Of a stretch of DNA of 64,000 nt, positions 49,569 through 59,196 are shown in pieces. The DNA comes from Candidatus Woesearchaeota archaeon (GTDB taxonomy: Archaea > Nanobdellota > Nanobdellia > Woesearchaeales > GW2011-AR9): positions 5,907 to 69,906 of the forward strand of contig JACPCD010000007.1 in the NCBI GenBank assembly GCA_016179955.1. The letters are read 5' to 3'. A program made the position numbers and the translations under genes. Every line of letters begins with the position of its first letter. The stretch's first letter is position 1. The notes below the pieces were generated by a model, which was not told the origin of the DNA, made no database searches, and saw only the letters and a list, made by a program, of their open reading frames with translations.

Positions 49569-49772
49569 TTATTGAACCACCTCGTGCTGATGCAGCAGGG
49601 CCCGCATCCGGGCCAGGCTCTTTTTGATCTGCTTCAACTTGCCGGGATTTGCCGGCGCAGTGCCGGTGGATACTTGCGAATTAAGTTTCATGAGTTCTTT
49701 TTTCATTTCCCGGCTGCGTGATTTTAATTCGTCGGATGACAGCCCTTTCAGCTCTTTCATTATTTTACTCAT
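49569..49772 (-). CDS. rpl29: 50S ribosomal protein L29
   Basis: NPGKLKQIKKSLAR; operon position. Confidence 0.9.
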   Translation of the reverse strand: MSKIMKELKGLSSDELKSRSREMKKELMKLNSQVSTGTAPANPGKLKQIKKSLARMRALLHQHEVVQ

Positions 49773-50551
49773 GGGGATGGCTCTGCCGCAGCAGCCTCTG
49801 TGGATGGTTCTGATACGGTACTTTCCGGCACGGGATTTTCAGCAACGGCCGCCGGTTCTTTCTTGGCTGGTTTTTTGCGTGATGATTTCCGTTTCACACT
49901 TCCTTTTTTCTTGGCCACGTCGGGGGAAGCAACAACCTCAGCAACCTGCACCGGCTCGTCCAGGATGTCAATGTGATCCGGCAGTTGAATATCCGGCGGC
50001 ATGATCGCTACCTTTATACCGATTATGCCGCTCTTCAGCAACGCCGCAGTTTGCGCTTTACGAACCCCGGCGACCGCGATGTCCCCGCATTTTTTCAGAT
50101 ACCCTTGATAAAAGCGCCAGCTCTTAGCTCGGGCACCGGGAAGCTTTCCGGAAATGATGACTTCGATTCCCAGCGCACCGGAATTAATGACATTTTCCAT
50201 GATCTTATGCCCGACGCCTTTGAAACGTGCTGAGCCAAAACGCTCCAACGATGTCGCTATTTTCTCCGCCACAATATGGGCATCGAGGAAGATGTCCCGC
50301 ACTTCGGCAATCTCAATCTGCGGATTTTCCAGGTTAAATTCTTTCTTGAGTATCCGCGTAAGGTCCTTGATGTTAGACCCTTTCGAACCGACCACTAAAC
50401 TCGGCCGGGAGGTATGGATAATAATTTTTTCCCCCAACGGAATTTTTTTAAGCTTGATTTCGGAAATGCCCACATTATTGAGTTTCTGCTGGATGAATTT
50501 CTTAATGTAAAACTCCTTCGTCTTCTGGGCAATGAATTCACGCTCAATCAT
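49769..50551 (-). CDS. rps3: 30S ribosomal protein S3
   Basis: RPSLVVG, GIEVIISGK, GIIGIKV. Confidence 0.96.
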   Translation of the reverse strand: MIEREFIAQKTKEFYIKKFIQQKLNNVGISEIKLKKIPLGEKIIIHTSRPSLVVGSKGSNIKDLTRILKKEFNLENPQIEIAEVRDIFLDAHIVAEKIATSLERFGSARFKGVGHKIMENVINSGALGIEVIISGKLPGARAKSWRFYQGYLKKCGDIAVAGVRKAQTAALLKSGIIGIKVAIMPPDIQLPDHIDILDEPVQVAEVVASPDVAKKKGSVKRKSSRKKPAKKEPAAVAENPVPESTVSEPSTEAAAAEPSP

Positions 50552-51057
50552 GGTGTACCGTCCGATTTTTTTCCTTCCGCAGCCTTTTTCTCAGACGTTG
50601 GTTTATTGCTTTTGGATTTATCAGCTTTAATTTTGGCACTCCCTTCCTGCACTTCAATCTCAATGTGGCTGCGCTTGTGGCGATGGCGTAGCCGTCCTCC
50701 CGAAAACGGCGTAGAGGCTTTGTTCACCACCAATTTGGTAATCTTGAGGCTGGAACTGTTGAGCCCTTTCACCTGGGCATTTGCTTCAACGGCTTTGACA
50801 AGCCGCAGCATGAACCCGGCTGCTTTCTGGGGAAAACGGCCCGCACCAATGCCCGGCTTATGCCCTAAATCTTTAGTGAATCGGCGATAGGGAACTGCCC
50901 GCCGCAGGGCGATGACTTCCTCCAACATTATTTTAGCCCGCGCCGTGCTGTGGTAGCGCAGGTAATTGCTTAATTCAATACCTTGCTTTGAAGAAACCGG
51001 AACGTTGAGCGCACGAGCTACCGCAACGGCAGTTGTCGTGTTGTTTTTAGGGTTCAT
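50548..51057 (-). CDS. rpl22: 50S ribosomal protein L22
   Basis: GRFPQKA, NAQVKGL, SHIEI. Confidence 0.95.
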   Translation of the reverse strand: MNPKNNTTTAVAVARALNVPVSSKQGIELSNYLRYHSTARAKIMLEEVIALRRAVPYRRFTKDLGHKPGIGAGRFPQKAAGFMLRLVKAVEANAQVKGLNSSSLKITKLVVNKASTPFSGGRLRHRHKRSHIEIEVQEGSAKIKADKSKSNKPTSEKKAAEGKKSDGTP

Positions 51058-51059
51058 GG

Positions 51060-51440
51060 TTATCGTGCGGAAATCGCCTTGCTTGATCTGGTAGCGCCGA
51101 TACCAGCGGAGCTATGCGTTACTGGCTTTCTGGTCATGGCAAACTCGCCCAGGTAATGCCCCAGCATATCGGGACTTATGCTGACCGGTTCCCAGTCTTT
51201 GCCGTTATGGATGCGGAACATTTTACCGACCATGCTGGGCAGTATTACCATGTCCCGGCAATGGGTTTTGATGTTATTGTCGCCGGCAGCAATGCGCCGG
51301 AGCAGGCTTTTCTGCGCCTCTGTAAATCCGCGCTTTAAGGAGCGTCGCGATCTTGCGGGAACGAGCTTCATGAAGACGTTGACATCCAGCCCTGTAAGTT
51401 CTGATTCCGTTTTTCCATGCCAGGTATATTGTTTTGCCAT
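51060..51440 (-). CDS. rps19: 30S ribosomal protein S19
   Basis: KTHCRDM, GHYLGEF. Confidence 0.96.
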   Translation of the reverse strand: MAKQYTWHGKTESELTGLDVNVFMKLVPARSRRSLKRGFTEAQKSLLRRIAAGDNNIKTHCRDMVILPSMVGKMFRIHNGKDWEPVSISPDMLGHYLGEFAMTRKPVTHSSAGIGATRSSKAISAR

Positions 51441-51446
51441 GTTATT

Positions 51447-51767
51447 TTAATAAGTACCGTCTATTTGCGTGAAGACCATACGGGAACCATCCCTATACCG
51501 AAGTTCTTCCCGTTCAACAACAGGAGAACCAGATTCGCAACGATAGATAGTTCTTTTTGCCGGCCATAATGCTTCTTGATGTAGCAGGATACCAGCAATA
51601 TGGTATTGTTTGAAGTTCATTTCTACAGTATTATATGTCTGGGCACCAGATTCACAACTTTTGCCGAGATGCCACGTAGCCATCTCTGTTTTAGTAGTAC
51701 AACTACCTAATAGGCCTGTGATTCCCAATCCTGTTACAAAACCAATCCTTTGAAGTAAGTCTTTCAT
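51447..51767 (-). CDS. Orphan lipoprotein-like gene inserted between rpl2 and rps19
   Basis: Signal-like N-terminus with LGSC; more AT-rich than neighbours; 2-nt and 6-nt spacers. Confidence 0.65.
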   Translation of the reverse strand: MKDLLQRIGFVTGLGITGLLGSCTTKTEMATWHLGKSCESGAQTYNTVEMNFKQYHIAGILLHQEALWPAKRTIYRCESGSPVVEREELRYRDGSRMVFTQIDGTY

Positions 51768-51769
51768 AG

Positions 51770-52468
51770 TTATCGTTTCCTTCCCGTCCGCCGTGGCGCA
51801 ATTTTCCCCACTTTCCGTCCTGGGGGTGCGCTACGAGGTGATTGCGTCGGCCGGCCTTTGATGTGCGAGCTGCTGCCGCCAAATGGATGATCGACTGCGT
51901 TCATAGATACCCCACAGACACGAGGATAGAGCTTATTGCGCGCCCGCATCTTCAGGGCTCGAGTACCCGCTTTCAAAAACGGCTTGTCTAATCTCCCGGA
52001 ACCAGCGATGATGCCAATGGCAGCACGGCAATCCCCGCCCAAAGTTTTTTCCTTGCGTGACGGAAGTTTTACGCAAACTGTTGCATCGGTCTTGGAGACA
52101 ATGCGGGCAAAGCAACCAGAGGTCCTGACTAATTTCCCACCGTCACCCGGGCGCAGCTCAATATTATGAATGAACGTTCCTTCCGGGATGCTCTTCAGGG
52201 GCAAGACGTTCCCTTCCCGAATCTCCACTGCCCCCACTATCTGTAATGAATCGCCAATCTTGATGCCTTCGGGGGCTGCCGTCAGTGCGGTCTCACCCGA
52301 TGTACAGGCTATTTCCATCAATGGTGCACTGTGCGCCGGGCAATGGACAATATCGGTGACGATGCCGTTGCTTGCAGCATGATGTATTGGCCCAACATAG
52401 CGGTGGCCGGGGGTGCGATAGGTGTTCGTTCCCCGTCCCCGTCGTTGTTGGATAAGTCGTTTTCCCAT
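51770..52468 (-). CDS. rpl2: 50S ribosomal protein L2
   Basis: MGKRLIQQRRG, MNAVDHPFGG, PPGRKVG. Confidence 0.97.
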   Translation of the reverse strand: MGKRLIQQRRGRGTNTYRTPGHRYVGPIHHAASNGIVTDIVHCPAHSAPLMEIACTSGETALTAAPEGIKIGDSLQIVGAVEIREGNVLPLKSIPEGTFIHNIELRPGDGGKLVRTSGCFARIVSKTDATVCVKLPSRKEKTLGGDCRAAIGIIAGSGRLDKPFLKAGTRALKMRARNKLYPRVCGVSMNAVDHPFGGSSSHIKGRPTQSPRSAPPGRKVGKIAPRRTGRKR

Positions 52469-52475
52469 AGTGTAC

Positions 52476-52805
52476 CTAGATTAACCCCAATTCCGCGCTG
52501 ACGTCCGAGGCCAGGCTGCCTGGAGCCAGCTTAACATAGGCCCGTTTCTGCCCCGTGAACGCGTTTTGAATATTAACTTTTCGCACCTTGACTTTAAATA
52601 ACTCTTCCACGGCCTTCTTGACGTCCTGTTTGGTGGAGTGGGCATTGACTACAAAGGTCAAGGTATTTTCAAACTCAATCTGGCGGATGCTCTTCTCCGT
52701 CGAGAGCGGAAAGAGAATGACCTGATAAGGATCAAATAAGGGCTGGGGTAACGACTGATGCTTCCGGGAAACCGGTGCTTTGTCCGCAGCTTTTGTTGAT
52801 TTCAT
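52476..52805 (-). CDS. rpl23: 50S ribosomal protein L23
   Basis: TEK..ENTLTF, KRAYVKL. Confidence 0.93.
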   Translation of the reverse strand: MKSTKAADKAPVSRKHQSLPQPLFDPYQVILFPLSTEKSIRQIEFENTLTFVVNAHSTKQDVKKAVEELFKVKVRKVNIQNAFTGQKRAYVKLAPGSLASDVSAELGLI

Positions 52806-53614
52806 GGTGTATTAAAAAATTTATGTTTCTGCAGCGCCTCAATGGCCTTTTCAGTCCACAAGGTGGCCCGTCCCGGACTTCCTCCAGGAGCTAAGAGTTC
52901 CGCATTCAGGCTCTTGGCAATGGCAATATCAACCCCAGGAATATTCTGGGCTGCGGTCATTAAAGGACAGGACTCGCTGACGACGATGAGCAGGCTTTTC
53001 TTGCGCTGATATGGACGCCCCCGGAGTTTTCCGATGCCGGCGCGGATGTTCTTATATTCTCCCCGCACTAATTCCTCGTGAAAGCCCAGTTTCTGCAGGA
53101 ACGCTTCGACATCTTTCGTTTTAGCCATGGCCTCGAAAGAAGAATCAATCAGGAAAGGATAAGGTAGAGGTATCTTATGCCCGCGCTGCCGAACGACGTC
53201 AGCGTTAACGGTGGCGGCAATGGCCGAGCGGATGGCTTTTTGATTTTCTTTGAAATTTATTTTCTGTACCCGTATTTTCCACGGTTTGGGAGGATGCGCC
53301 CGCCGTCCTCCTCTGGTCTGCGGTGAAAATGCACCCGCCCAGTTAAAGCGCGTTCCCCGACGGGAAAGTATCTTACGATTGACCCGGCTGATACCTAAGC
53401 CATAACTGCCCCGGTATTTTCGCCGGCGCTTACTCAGCTTGGAGGAATGACGCAAACCTGCTTCCTGAGATGACCCATACGGCTGCCGGGAACTGCTCTG
53501 CAGCGCATGCACTGCCCGCCGGATTAAATCCGGCCGATACGCTTCCTGGAATTGAGAAGGCAATTCTTTCTCGCCTCTCTTGACATTCTCTGCCGTAAGG
53601 ATGGGAAGTTTCAT
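52802..53614 (-). CDS. rpl4: 50S ribosomal protein L4
   Basis: RPDLIRRA, GGRRAHPP, LAPG..PGR. Confidence 0.96.
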   Translation of the reverse strand: MKLPILTAENVKRGEKELPSQFQEAYRPDLIRRAVHALQSSSRQPYGSSQEAGLRHSSKLSKRRRKYRGSYGLGISRVNRKILSRRGTRFNWAGAFSPQTRGGRRAHPPKPWKIRVQKINFKENQKAIRSAIAATVNADVVRQRGHKIPLPYPFLIDSSFEAMAKTKDVEAFLQKLGFHEELVRGEYKNIRAGIGKLRGRPYQRKKSLLIVVSESCPLMTAAQNIPGVDIAIAKSLNAELLAPGGSPGRATLWTEKAIEALQKHKFFNTP

Positions 53615-53616
53615 GG

Positions 53617-54585
53617 TTAATGCCGCCGCGAGAGGTACGTTATCTCTGGTGCCTCCGTGGGTATATTAGTATCAGGACGAAGCGCGTGCGTTAAGAAGAC
53701 GGCCCGTTTCTTGGGTCCCATGACCGAGCCTTTCACTAAAAGATATGGGTTCTTTACCAGGCCATAGCGGATGAATCCTCCCATAGGATTGACTTCATTT
53801 CCCTGTGCGCCAACTTTAAGCACGTGTTTGTTATATTCTGTTCGACTATGAAAGCCCATCTTGCCAGCCTGGGCGACGGTAAACTCAACCCGTTTGGGTG
53901 TCCAGGAACCTAGGGTGGCAATGCCCCGCTTGGTCTTCTCGGCTTTATGTTGCCGGATGGGAACACCATACCGCTTAACCGTCCCCTGAAATCCTTTGCC
54001 GATGGTGATGCCATGGACATCAATTAAATTTCCGGCGCTGACGACATCATTAATAGTAATCTCTTTCCCCAGCATCTCTTGGGCATAGCGTGCTTTCTCT
54101 TCCACGGTGCCGCCAATGGCAATTTCCTGCACTTGGGGCCGTTTACTGCCGCTGGCAATTAATGAGGGATGCGTCTGCACGATGAAGCGGAGATCGTCAT
54201 ACCCTTGGATACTCTCAAATGTCTTCCCCGCTTTTTTAGGTAGGGGAAATTTCTGGGCGAGGTGTGCCTCCAGTTTGGGAGCGGTGATAGATGCAAATTT
54301 CTGGATGCCGTACCCTGCTCGGCGGTAGAACGCAATGCCGATGACCGTTAATGGCGGACATTCCAGTATAGTTGCGGGGATCATGATTTTTTCGCCTTTC
54401 GTTAAGGATTTTGGGCGGTTATCAATAATCATCAGATGGGTCATCCCGGCTTTATAAGCGATAAAGCCTAATGGTTTAGATTTACCGTGGGCAGTCCAAG
54501 ACCTAATTCTAGCAACGGAATGGCGGGAGCGTTTCCGCGGCCAAAACTGCAAACTTCCCCGTCGTGGATGGCGTACATTACCCAT
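53617..54585 (-). CDS. rpl3: 50S ribosomal protein L3
   Basis: PRRGSL.F.PRKR, YKAGMTH, GKGFQG. Confidence 0.97.
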   Translation of the reverse strand: MGNVRHPRRGSLQFWPRKRSRHSVARIRSWTAHGKSKPLGFIAYKAGMTHLMIIDNRPKSLTKGEKIMIPATILECPPLTVIGIAFYRRAGYGIQKFASITAPKLEAHLAQKFPLPKKAGKTFESIQGYDDLRFIVQTHPSLIASGSKRPQVQEIAIGGTVEEKARYAQEMLGKEITINDVVSAGNLIDVHGITIGKGFQGTVKRYGVPIRQHKAEKTKRGIATLGSWTPKRVEFTVAQAGKMGFHSRTEYNKHVLKVGAQGNEVNPMGGFIRYGLVKNPYLLVKGSVMGPKKRAVFLTHALRPDTNIPTEAPEITYLSRRH

Positions 54586-54794
54586 GGTGTTATTGACAAC
54601 TGCATATAGCTATTATAGAGAGCTATTGACGTTCCGTGTAAGAGCCTCTACCGGTCCGCATCAGAGAAGATTTCCATGATGCTCGCCTTTTCAGGCTGAT
54701 TCACCCCAGCATTATTGGAAAGCTCGACAGTATATATCGGCTGCCAGTGTAATTCCGGGTACGTGAACCTCTAAACCCGGGGGTTATTTATAAA
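54586..54794 (-). promoter_or_regulatory. TATA box (TTTATAAATA, ~54785-54794) and long structured 5' leader of the L3 operon
   Basis: Hairpins at 54606-54626, 54658-54682, 54685-54696 (GCCU-GAAA-AGGC) and 54755-54780. Confidence 0.55.
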
Positions 54795-55110
54795 GATTTG
54801 GGTGGAGTTGCAGGGGGATTGAGGATAACGGGAGTTATACGTAATTTTTTATTTGCTGAAAATCTGATCATAGGTGCTTTCGTTTATCGAGGACGAAACG
54901 AGTGACTAATTGAAACTAGACATAACGGATGATAAACGGTTCGCTCCGCTCTCGCAAATTTTTACTTACTTTAAAACTGATGGGGGGAATTCCGTAACGA
55001 TGACTAAACTGAAAACTAACTAAAACGAGAGGGGGCGAGAAAACTAATTATTCTAATAGGAATATATTAATCAATAAAATATTTATATAGGAATACTATT
55101 TACACAGATT

Positions 55111-55590
55111 ATGGAGATAAATGATGCTATTCAAAAAGTAAAGCCAAAAATAGAAGAAAGTAAGCTTACAGCAAAGAAGAAAAAAGAAGATGAGGCTAAA
55201 AAGGAGAGAGAAGAGGAAAAAGAGTTACATCAACAAAATACACGGCAATTAAGAGGGGTAAAAAATAAATGGTTCTCAAAAAGAGAAGAGTTGGTAAAAG
55301 ATACTGAGTTGATGACCGGAATAAAGTTCTTAGAAAGTAATGGTGAGTATTTCCACTTATGCTCTGGAAATCACTGGGCAGTATATTTCTGTAGTGATGG
55401 AAAATTCAAAATGCAAAGATGGGGGATGTATATGGGTAACGAGTTCATCAGACCAATCACTTTAGAAAATATTTATTTTATTGAACAAAAAGACATAGAA
55501 AAAGTAGCTAATCTTGACTTTAAAGAAGAATTAAAAAAACAAATACTTCAACTTGGTACTAAGAAATATGATGATGATGATGAAGATTAA
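55111..55590 (+). CDS. Hypothetical protein at island edge
   Basis: 159-aa AT-rich ORF with TTTATATA upstream. Confidence 0.6.
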   Translation: MEINDAIQKVKPKIEESKLTAKKKKEDEAKKEREEEKELHQQNTRQLRGVKNKWFSKREELVKDTELMTGIKFLESNGEYFHLCSGNHWAVYFCSDGKFKMQRWGMYMGNEFIRPITLENIYFIEQKDIEKVANLDFKEELKKQILQLGTKKYDDDDED

Positions 55591-55596
55591 CGCACT

Positions 55597-56259
55597 TTAG
55601 AAATGGTTTACTGATACCCACTTACAAAATCCACATTCTTCAGAGGGGGCGGGAATTTCTGTTTCTAAAACTTGAATAGCTTTCTTAAAAATACTTTCAG
55701 CGTTTTTGATATTGACTTTAATTTTGACCAAATCAGTATTAAAACAAACATGACCACTCTCTTCAACTTGATGGGGATGATAAAAAACTAAATAAGTATA
55801 ATCTTCTGTTTCATAACCGTTTTTTCTTAAGAGAAAGTTGTAAATATCCATTTGATCTTGATAATGCTCGTGAGTGTCTTCTTTCAGAGGATAACCTCTT
55901 GTCTTATAATCTAAAACAACTAATTTCTTACCTTTTACAAGAATATTATCAATCGCTCCCCTGAAGAGATTGCCTTTTTTATCCGTCCATTGAATTCCTT
56001 TAAAATTGCTTCTCCAAACCTTGAGCAATTCTTCGTCATCAAAAAGTTTAACCTTTCCGTTTAACTCTTGAAGTTCTGGCGGAAGTTCTCCTTTTCTCAT
56101 AAAAGAATCAAAGTGTTCTTTCAGAATCCTATCCATTCCGCTTGGTAAAGAGGGAAAGATTGAATCTGGTCTTTTAATCCCTTTATTGAAATTAAGCCAG
56201 AAGCATCTAGGACAATCTTTCAATAAACTTAATGATGATGGGCTGAATTTGTAGGTCAT
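55597..56259 (-). CDS. PD-(D/E)XK nuclease, RecB/Cas4-like (PDDEXK_1)
   Basis: SPSS..CPRC, GAID, DYKT, QMDIY, CGFC. Confidence 0.85.
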   Translation of the reverse strand: MTYKFSPSSLSLLKDCPRCFWLNFNKGIKRPDSIFPSLPSGMDRILKEHFDSFMRKGELPPELQELNGKVKLFDDEELLKVWRSNFKGIQWTDKKGNLFRGAIDNILVKGKKLVVLDYKTRGYPLKEDTHEHYQDQMDIYNFLLRKNGYETEDYTYLVFYHPHQVEESGHVCFNTDLVKIKVNIKNAESIFKKAIQVLETEIPAPSEECGFCKWVSVNHF

Positions 56260-56261
56260 TT

Positions 56262-58544
56262 TTAACTAAATATAATCTCATTTAATTTTTTTATTTCATC
56301 TTCAGTTAGCTTATTCCTTGCATTTGGATTTAGAATAATGTCTCCTTTCAGGATTATTCTTGGATTTGAATCTACAAATACCAATTCTTGTTTAAAATAT
56401 ATTGCTCCTGAAACTATGTCTGTATTTTTATTTTTGTGGGAAAGACTATCTTCTTTCCTGGTCATATACTCGTTGACAACTTTCCCTGTCTTCTTCTCAA
56501 TTTGCCATGTATAAGCAAGACTCCCTAAGAAAGTGTCTATTAATTGATGTTCATCAATCGTTGAATTACTCCTATCAATTACCACAAAAAACAGGTCTTT
56601 TCTTTTACCACTCTCAATCTCTTGTAACGTTTTATTTGCGAATAATTGCCTATATTTTTTATCAATAGTAGAAAATGCCTTATTTTTTAGAGCAACAGCC
56701 CCATTCGCCAATCTTAATTCTCTATCCATTTTTGGTCTGGTTATTTCAAAGTAAATATCTCTCTCAAATAGATTAACCTTCAAATCCAAATTTTTATCAG
56801 TCCTATTTGGGGGCAATGGTTCTATTGCTTTGATACTTTTATCTTTAAATCTGTTTATAAAAATTAACTCGCTGAAATAATCCCAGAAATAGTTATCGTT
56901 GGCAAAATTTTGTTTAATGCTTTTTGTAAGATGTTCTTTCTGTTTATACTTCTCATTCTTTTTCTGCTCAATGGTTGCTATGTCCTGATTTAGTTCATTC
57001 AGATATGCTTGAGGCCAGAATTTGCTTCTTGCAAAATCAAGTTTTAATGCTCTATCTAACTCGGAATTTTTTTCAGAAATATTAATGTCATCTAAATTAG
57101 GTTGTTCATTTTCTCCTAACCACAAAAGAGGGGTATATTGCTTCTTTTTCTTTGCTTCGCTGATTACATCTTTTGCATATCTATACAGGTCTGGATATTT
57201 CTTGAGATTATCCTCAATTTTGGTAAAATCATAATCTTCTTTTCTATTCCTAAACTGGTTGAGAAGTTCTCCTGCGAAATCTATTAAAAAATCATAATCG
57301 TCCCTAGTGAATGTTGATTTTTGTTTCCGCTCTCGATATTTATCTTTGTTAAAATCAATGAAACCTCTTTCTTTAGTCCTCTTAATTAAATTATCAATAA
57401 GCTTAGTTACAATATCTTTCTTAGTTATGTCTTGGTATACATTACCAATGATTACTTTGTTTAACTCAAAGAAGAGGTATTTCTCCTCTTTATCTGATAA
57501 ATCTAATTTTAATACTTGATCTAGAGCATAAGCTGTATGGTGTTTGGATAGGGTTTTAAATAAATGAGGGAAAATGATGATATATGATTTTGATTTTTTA
57601 GTTTGAATATTTTTATAATTCTCCAAGAAATATTTAGTAAATAGCTTGTTCTTCTTAACAAGTCCTTCTAATACCCAGTCAAAATGCTTTAATTTAAACT
57701 CTAAATCTCTATTTAACCAGTAGATAAATAAGTCTGATATTTGTGTGTATGGTTTTGGAAATTTTCTTAACACTTCTACGATTTTATCTATTACCACCTC
57801 ATCTAAATCTTTTGAATATTCAATAAGCTCTATAATTTGCTTTTGGTTTAGTATGTCCTGAAAAGTTAATCTATCAAAAACTAAGTATGTAATATTCTTT
57901 TCTTTTAGTTTCACTAACTCGAGAATTTTACTGTAAAAATAAGTCTTGTTTTTCTTATAGAATATCAAGCAGATATTAGTAAACTCTTGAAGCACTTTCC
58001 TATCTTGAGAATTAGATACTTTGTCAAGATAGGAGTAAATTCCCTTTGGTAACTTTGAAAAGTCGTATTTTACTTGTATTGCTTTCAATAGGGAATTTGT
58101 TAGGGGGTATTCAATCTTCTTTTTCAAGTGATTTAACAGGGCTTCGTTATTGTTTATTGAGAAGCCGCCCAGCATTAACCCGGAGATTACTTTAAAATCA
58201 TTATCTTTTGATTTAGTAATTATTCTTTCATAAAGAGAAATAGCAAAATCCGGTTTATTTTTTCCAATATCTTCCAATATTCTTAAAAATGGTCCCTGAG
58301 CCATGTCTCTCTTAATCTTTTCATAAATCTTCTCTAATAGTACAATATACTTGTCAGAGCTTTCTGCTAGGTCATAAGCGATTGCAGAAACAAGTTCAGA
58401 ATAACCCCAGAAATCTGATCCTGTGAGAAAATGCTCAATCAGTTTGTATTTTTCTTCATTAGGTAATTTAGACTTATGACTATTGTAAATCTTTATTTGT
58501 TCTTCAAATTTATAGTACTTATCTTTAAGTTCTTCTTTAATCAT
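56262..58544 (-). CDS. Large helical protein with possible C-terminal restriction-endonuclease-like domain
   Basis: 760 aa; FSEL...NLDLKV...IYFEIT resembles an E..D..ExK-type core. Confidence 0.55.
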   Translation of the reverse strand: MIKEELKDKYYKFEEQIKIYNSHKSKLPNEEKYKLIEHFLTGSDFWGYSELVSAIAYDLAESSDKYIVLLEKIYEKIKRDMAQGPFLRILEDIGKNKPDFAISLYERIITKSKDNDFKVISGLMLGGFSINNNEALLNHLKKKIEYPLTNSLLKAIQVKYDFSKLPKGIYSYLDKVSNSQDRKVLQEFTNICLIFYKKNKTYFYSKILELVKLKEKNITYLVFDRLTFQDILNQKQIIELIEYSKDLDEVVIDKIVEVLRKFPKPYTQISDLFIYWLNRDLEFKLKHFDWVLEGLVKKNKLFTKYFLENYKNIQTKKSKSYIIIFPHLFKTLSKHHTAYALDQVLKLDLSDKEEKYLFFELNKVIIGNVYQDITKKDIVTKLIDNLIKRTKERGFIDFNKDKYRERKQKSTFTRDDYDFLIDFAGELLNQFRNRKEDYDFTKIEDNLKKYPDLYRYAKDVISEAKKKKQYTPLLWLGENEQPNLDDINISEKNSELDRALKLDFARSKFWPQAYLNELNQDIATIEQKKNEKYKQKEHLTKSIKQNFANDNYFWDYFSELIFINRFKDKSIKAIEPLPPNRTDKNLDLKVNLFERDIYFEITRPKMDRELRLANGAVALKNKAFSTIDKKYRQLFANKTLQEIESGKRKDLFFVVIDRSNSTIDEHQLIDTFLGSLAYTWQIEKKTGKVVNEYMTRKEDSLSHKNKNTDIVSGAIYFKQELVFVDSNPRIILKGDIILNPNARNKLTEDEIKKLNEIIFS

Positions 58545-59196
58545 TTTCCCACCTAAAGTAATTTACTATTTTGTATTTATTGAGTTTACGATTTTTTATT
58601 CTGAACAAATTACATCCAGAGCAGAATGGTGATGCTATGGTCTTATAATAATTATTTTTTGATAATTCATGAAGAACAAAGACCATTTGATCAAAAATAA
58701 GCTCAGGAGATGAATATCTCTCAATACATTGATTTAAGACATCTTGCTTTTGTTGGATTTCACCAACATCACCAAAAATTAATACAGCATCATTATAAAC
58801 AGAATAAGAACCTTTGTTAAAATAATTAATTTTGAGACTATTTATATCAATTAAGATGAACTGAATTTCAGAGATATGGATGATCTTTTGTATTTCTTGA
58901 ATTAATTTCCTATTTTTAAAATTGATCTTACAAAACTTTTTAACTTCCTCAAGATATTCAGAATTACCTGCGCCGGTAAAAACATATTTGTTCTCTATTT
59001 GAAATATTTTCTCTGTTTGATTTACCCCTATTGGTCTTTCAGCGATAGATATTGGATAATACTTTTCTCCACCAATATCTATCATATCTTTTATTGAAAT
59101 GTTGTTGTAATCTATAAGAGACCCAGATTCTTGCCTATCTGCACAAACTAACACTGATTTATCTTTCTTAAGATTTATAACAATAATTGCAGTCAT
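58537..59196 (-). CDS. Ntn-hydrolase, proteasome-beta/HslV-like protein
   Basis: M-T1-AII...CADRQ (Asp17-like), EKIF (Lys33-like), GAG (Gly47-like). Confidence 0.65.
   Translation of the reverse strand: MTAIIVINLKKDKSVLVCADRQESGSLIDYNNISIKDMIDIGGEKYYPISIAERPIGVNQTEKIFQIENKYVFTGAGNSEYLEEVKKFCKINFKNRKLIQEIQKIIHISEIQFILIDINSLKINYFNKGSYSVYNDAVLIFGDVGEIQQKQDVLNQCIERYSSPELIFDQMVFVLHELSKNNYYKTIASPFCSGCNLFRIKNRKLNKYKIVNYFRWEND

Noticed and set aside
40291-52382. Many plus-strand ORFs opposite secY and ribosomal protein genes (e.g. 41014-41682)
   Set aside because: Antisense shadows of well-supported genes with no recognisable motifs
54860-54940. Hammerhead-like GAGGACGAAAC and inverted repeat CGTTTATC/GATAAACG at the island edge
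   Set aside because: The required CUGANGA core with a matching stem II is not present; no transposase or att duplication visible
55597-56259. Cas4 indicating a CRISPR-Cas locus
   Set aside because: No cas1/cas2 or repeat array in the window; solo PD-(D/E)XK nucleases are common
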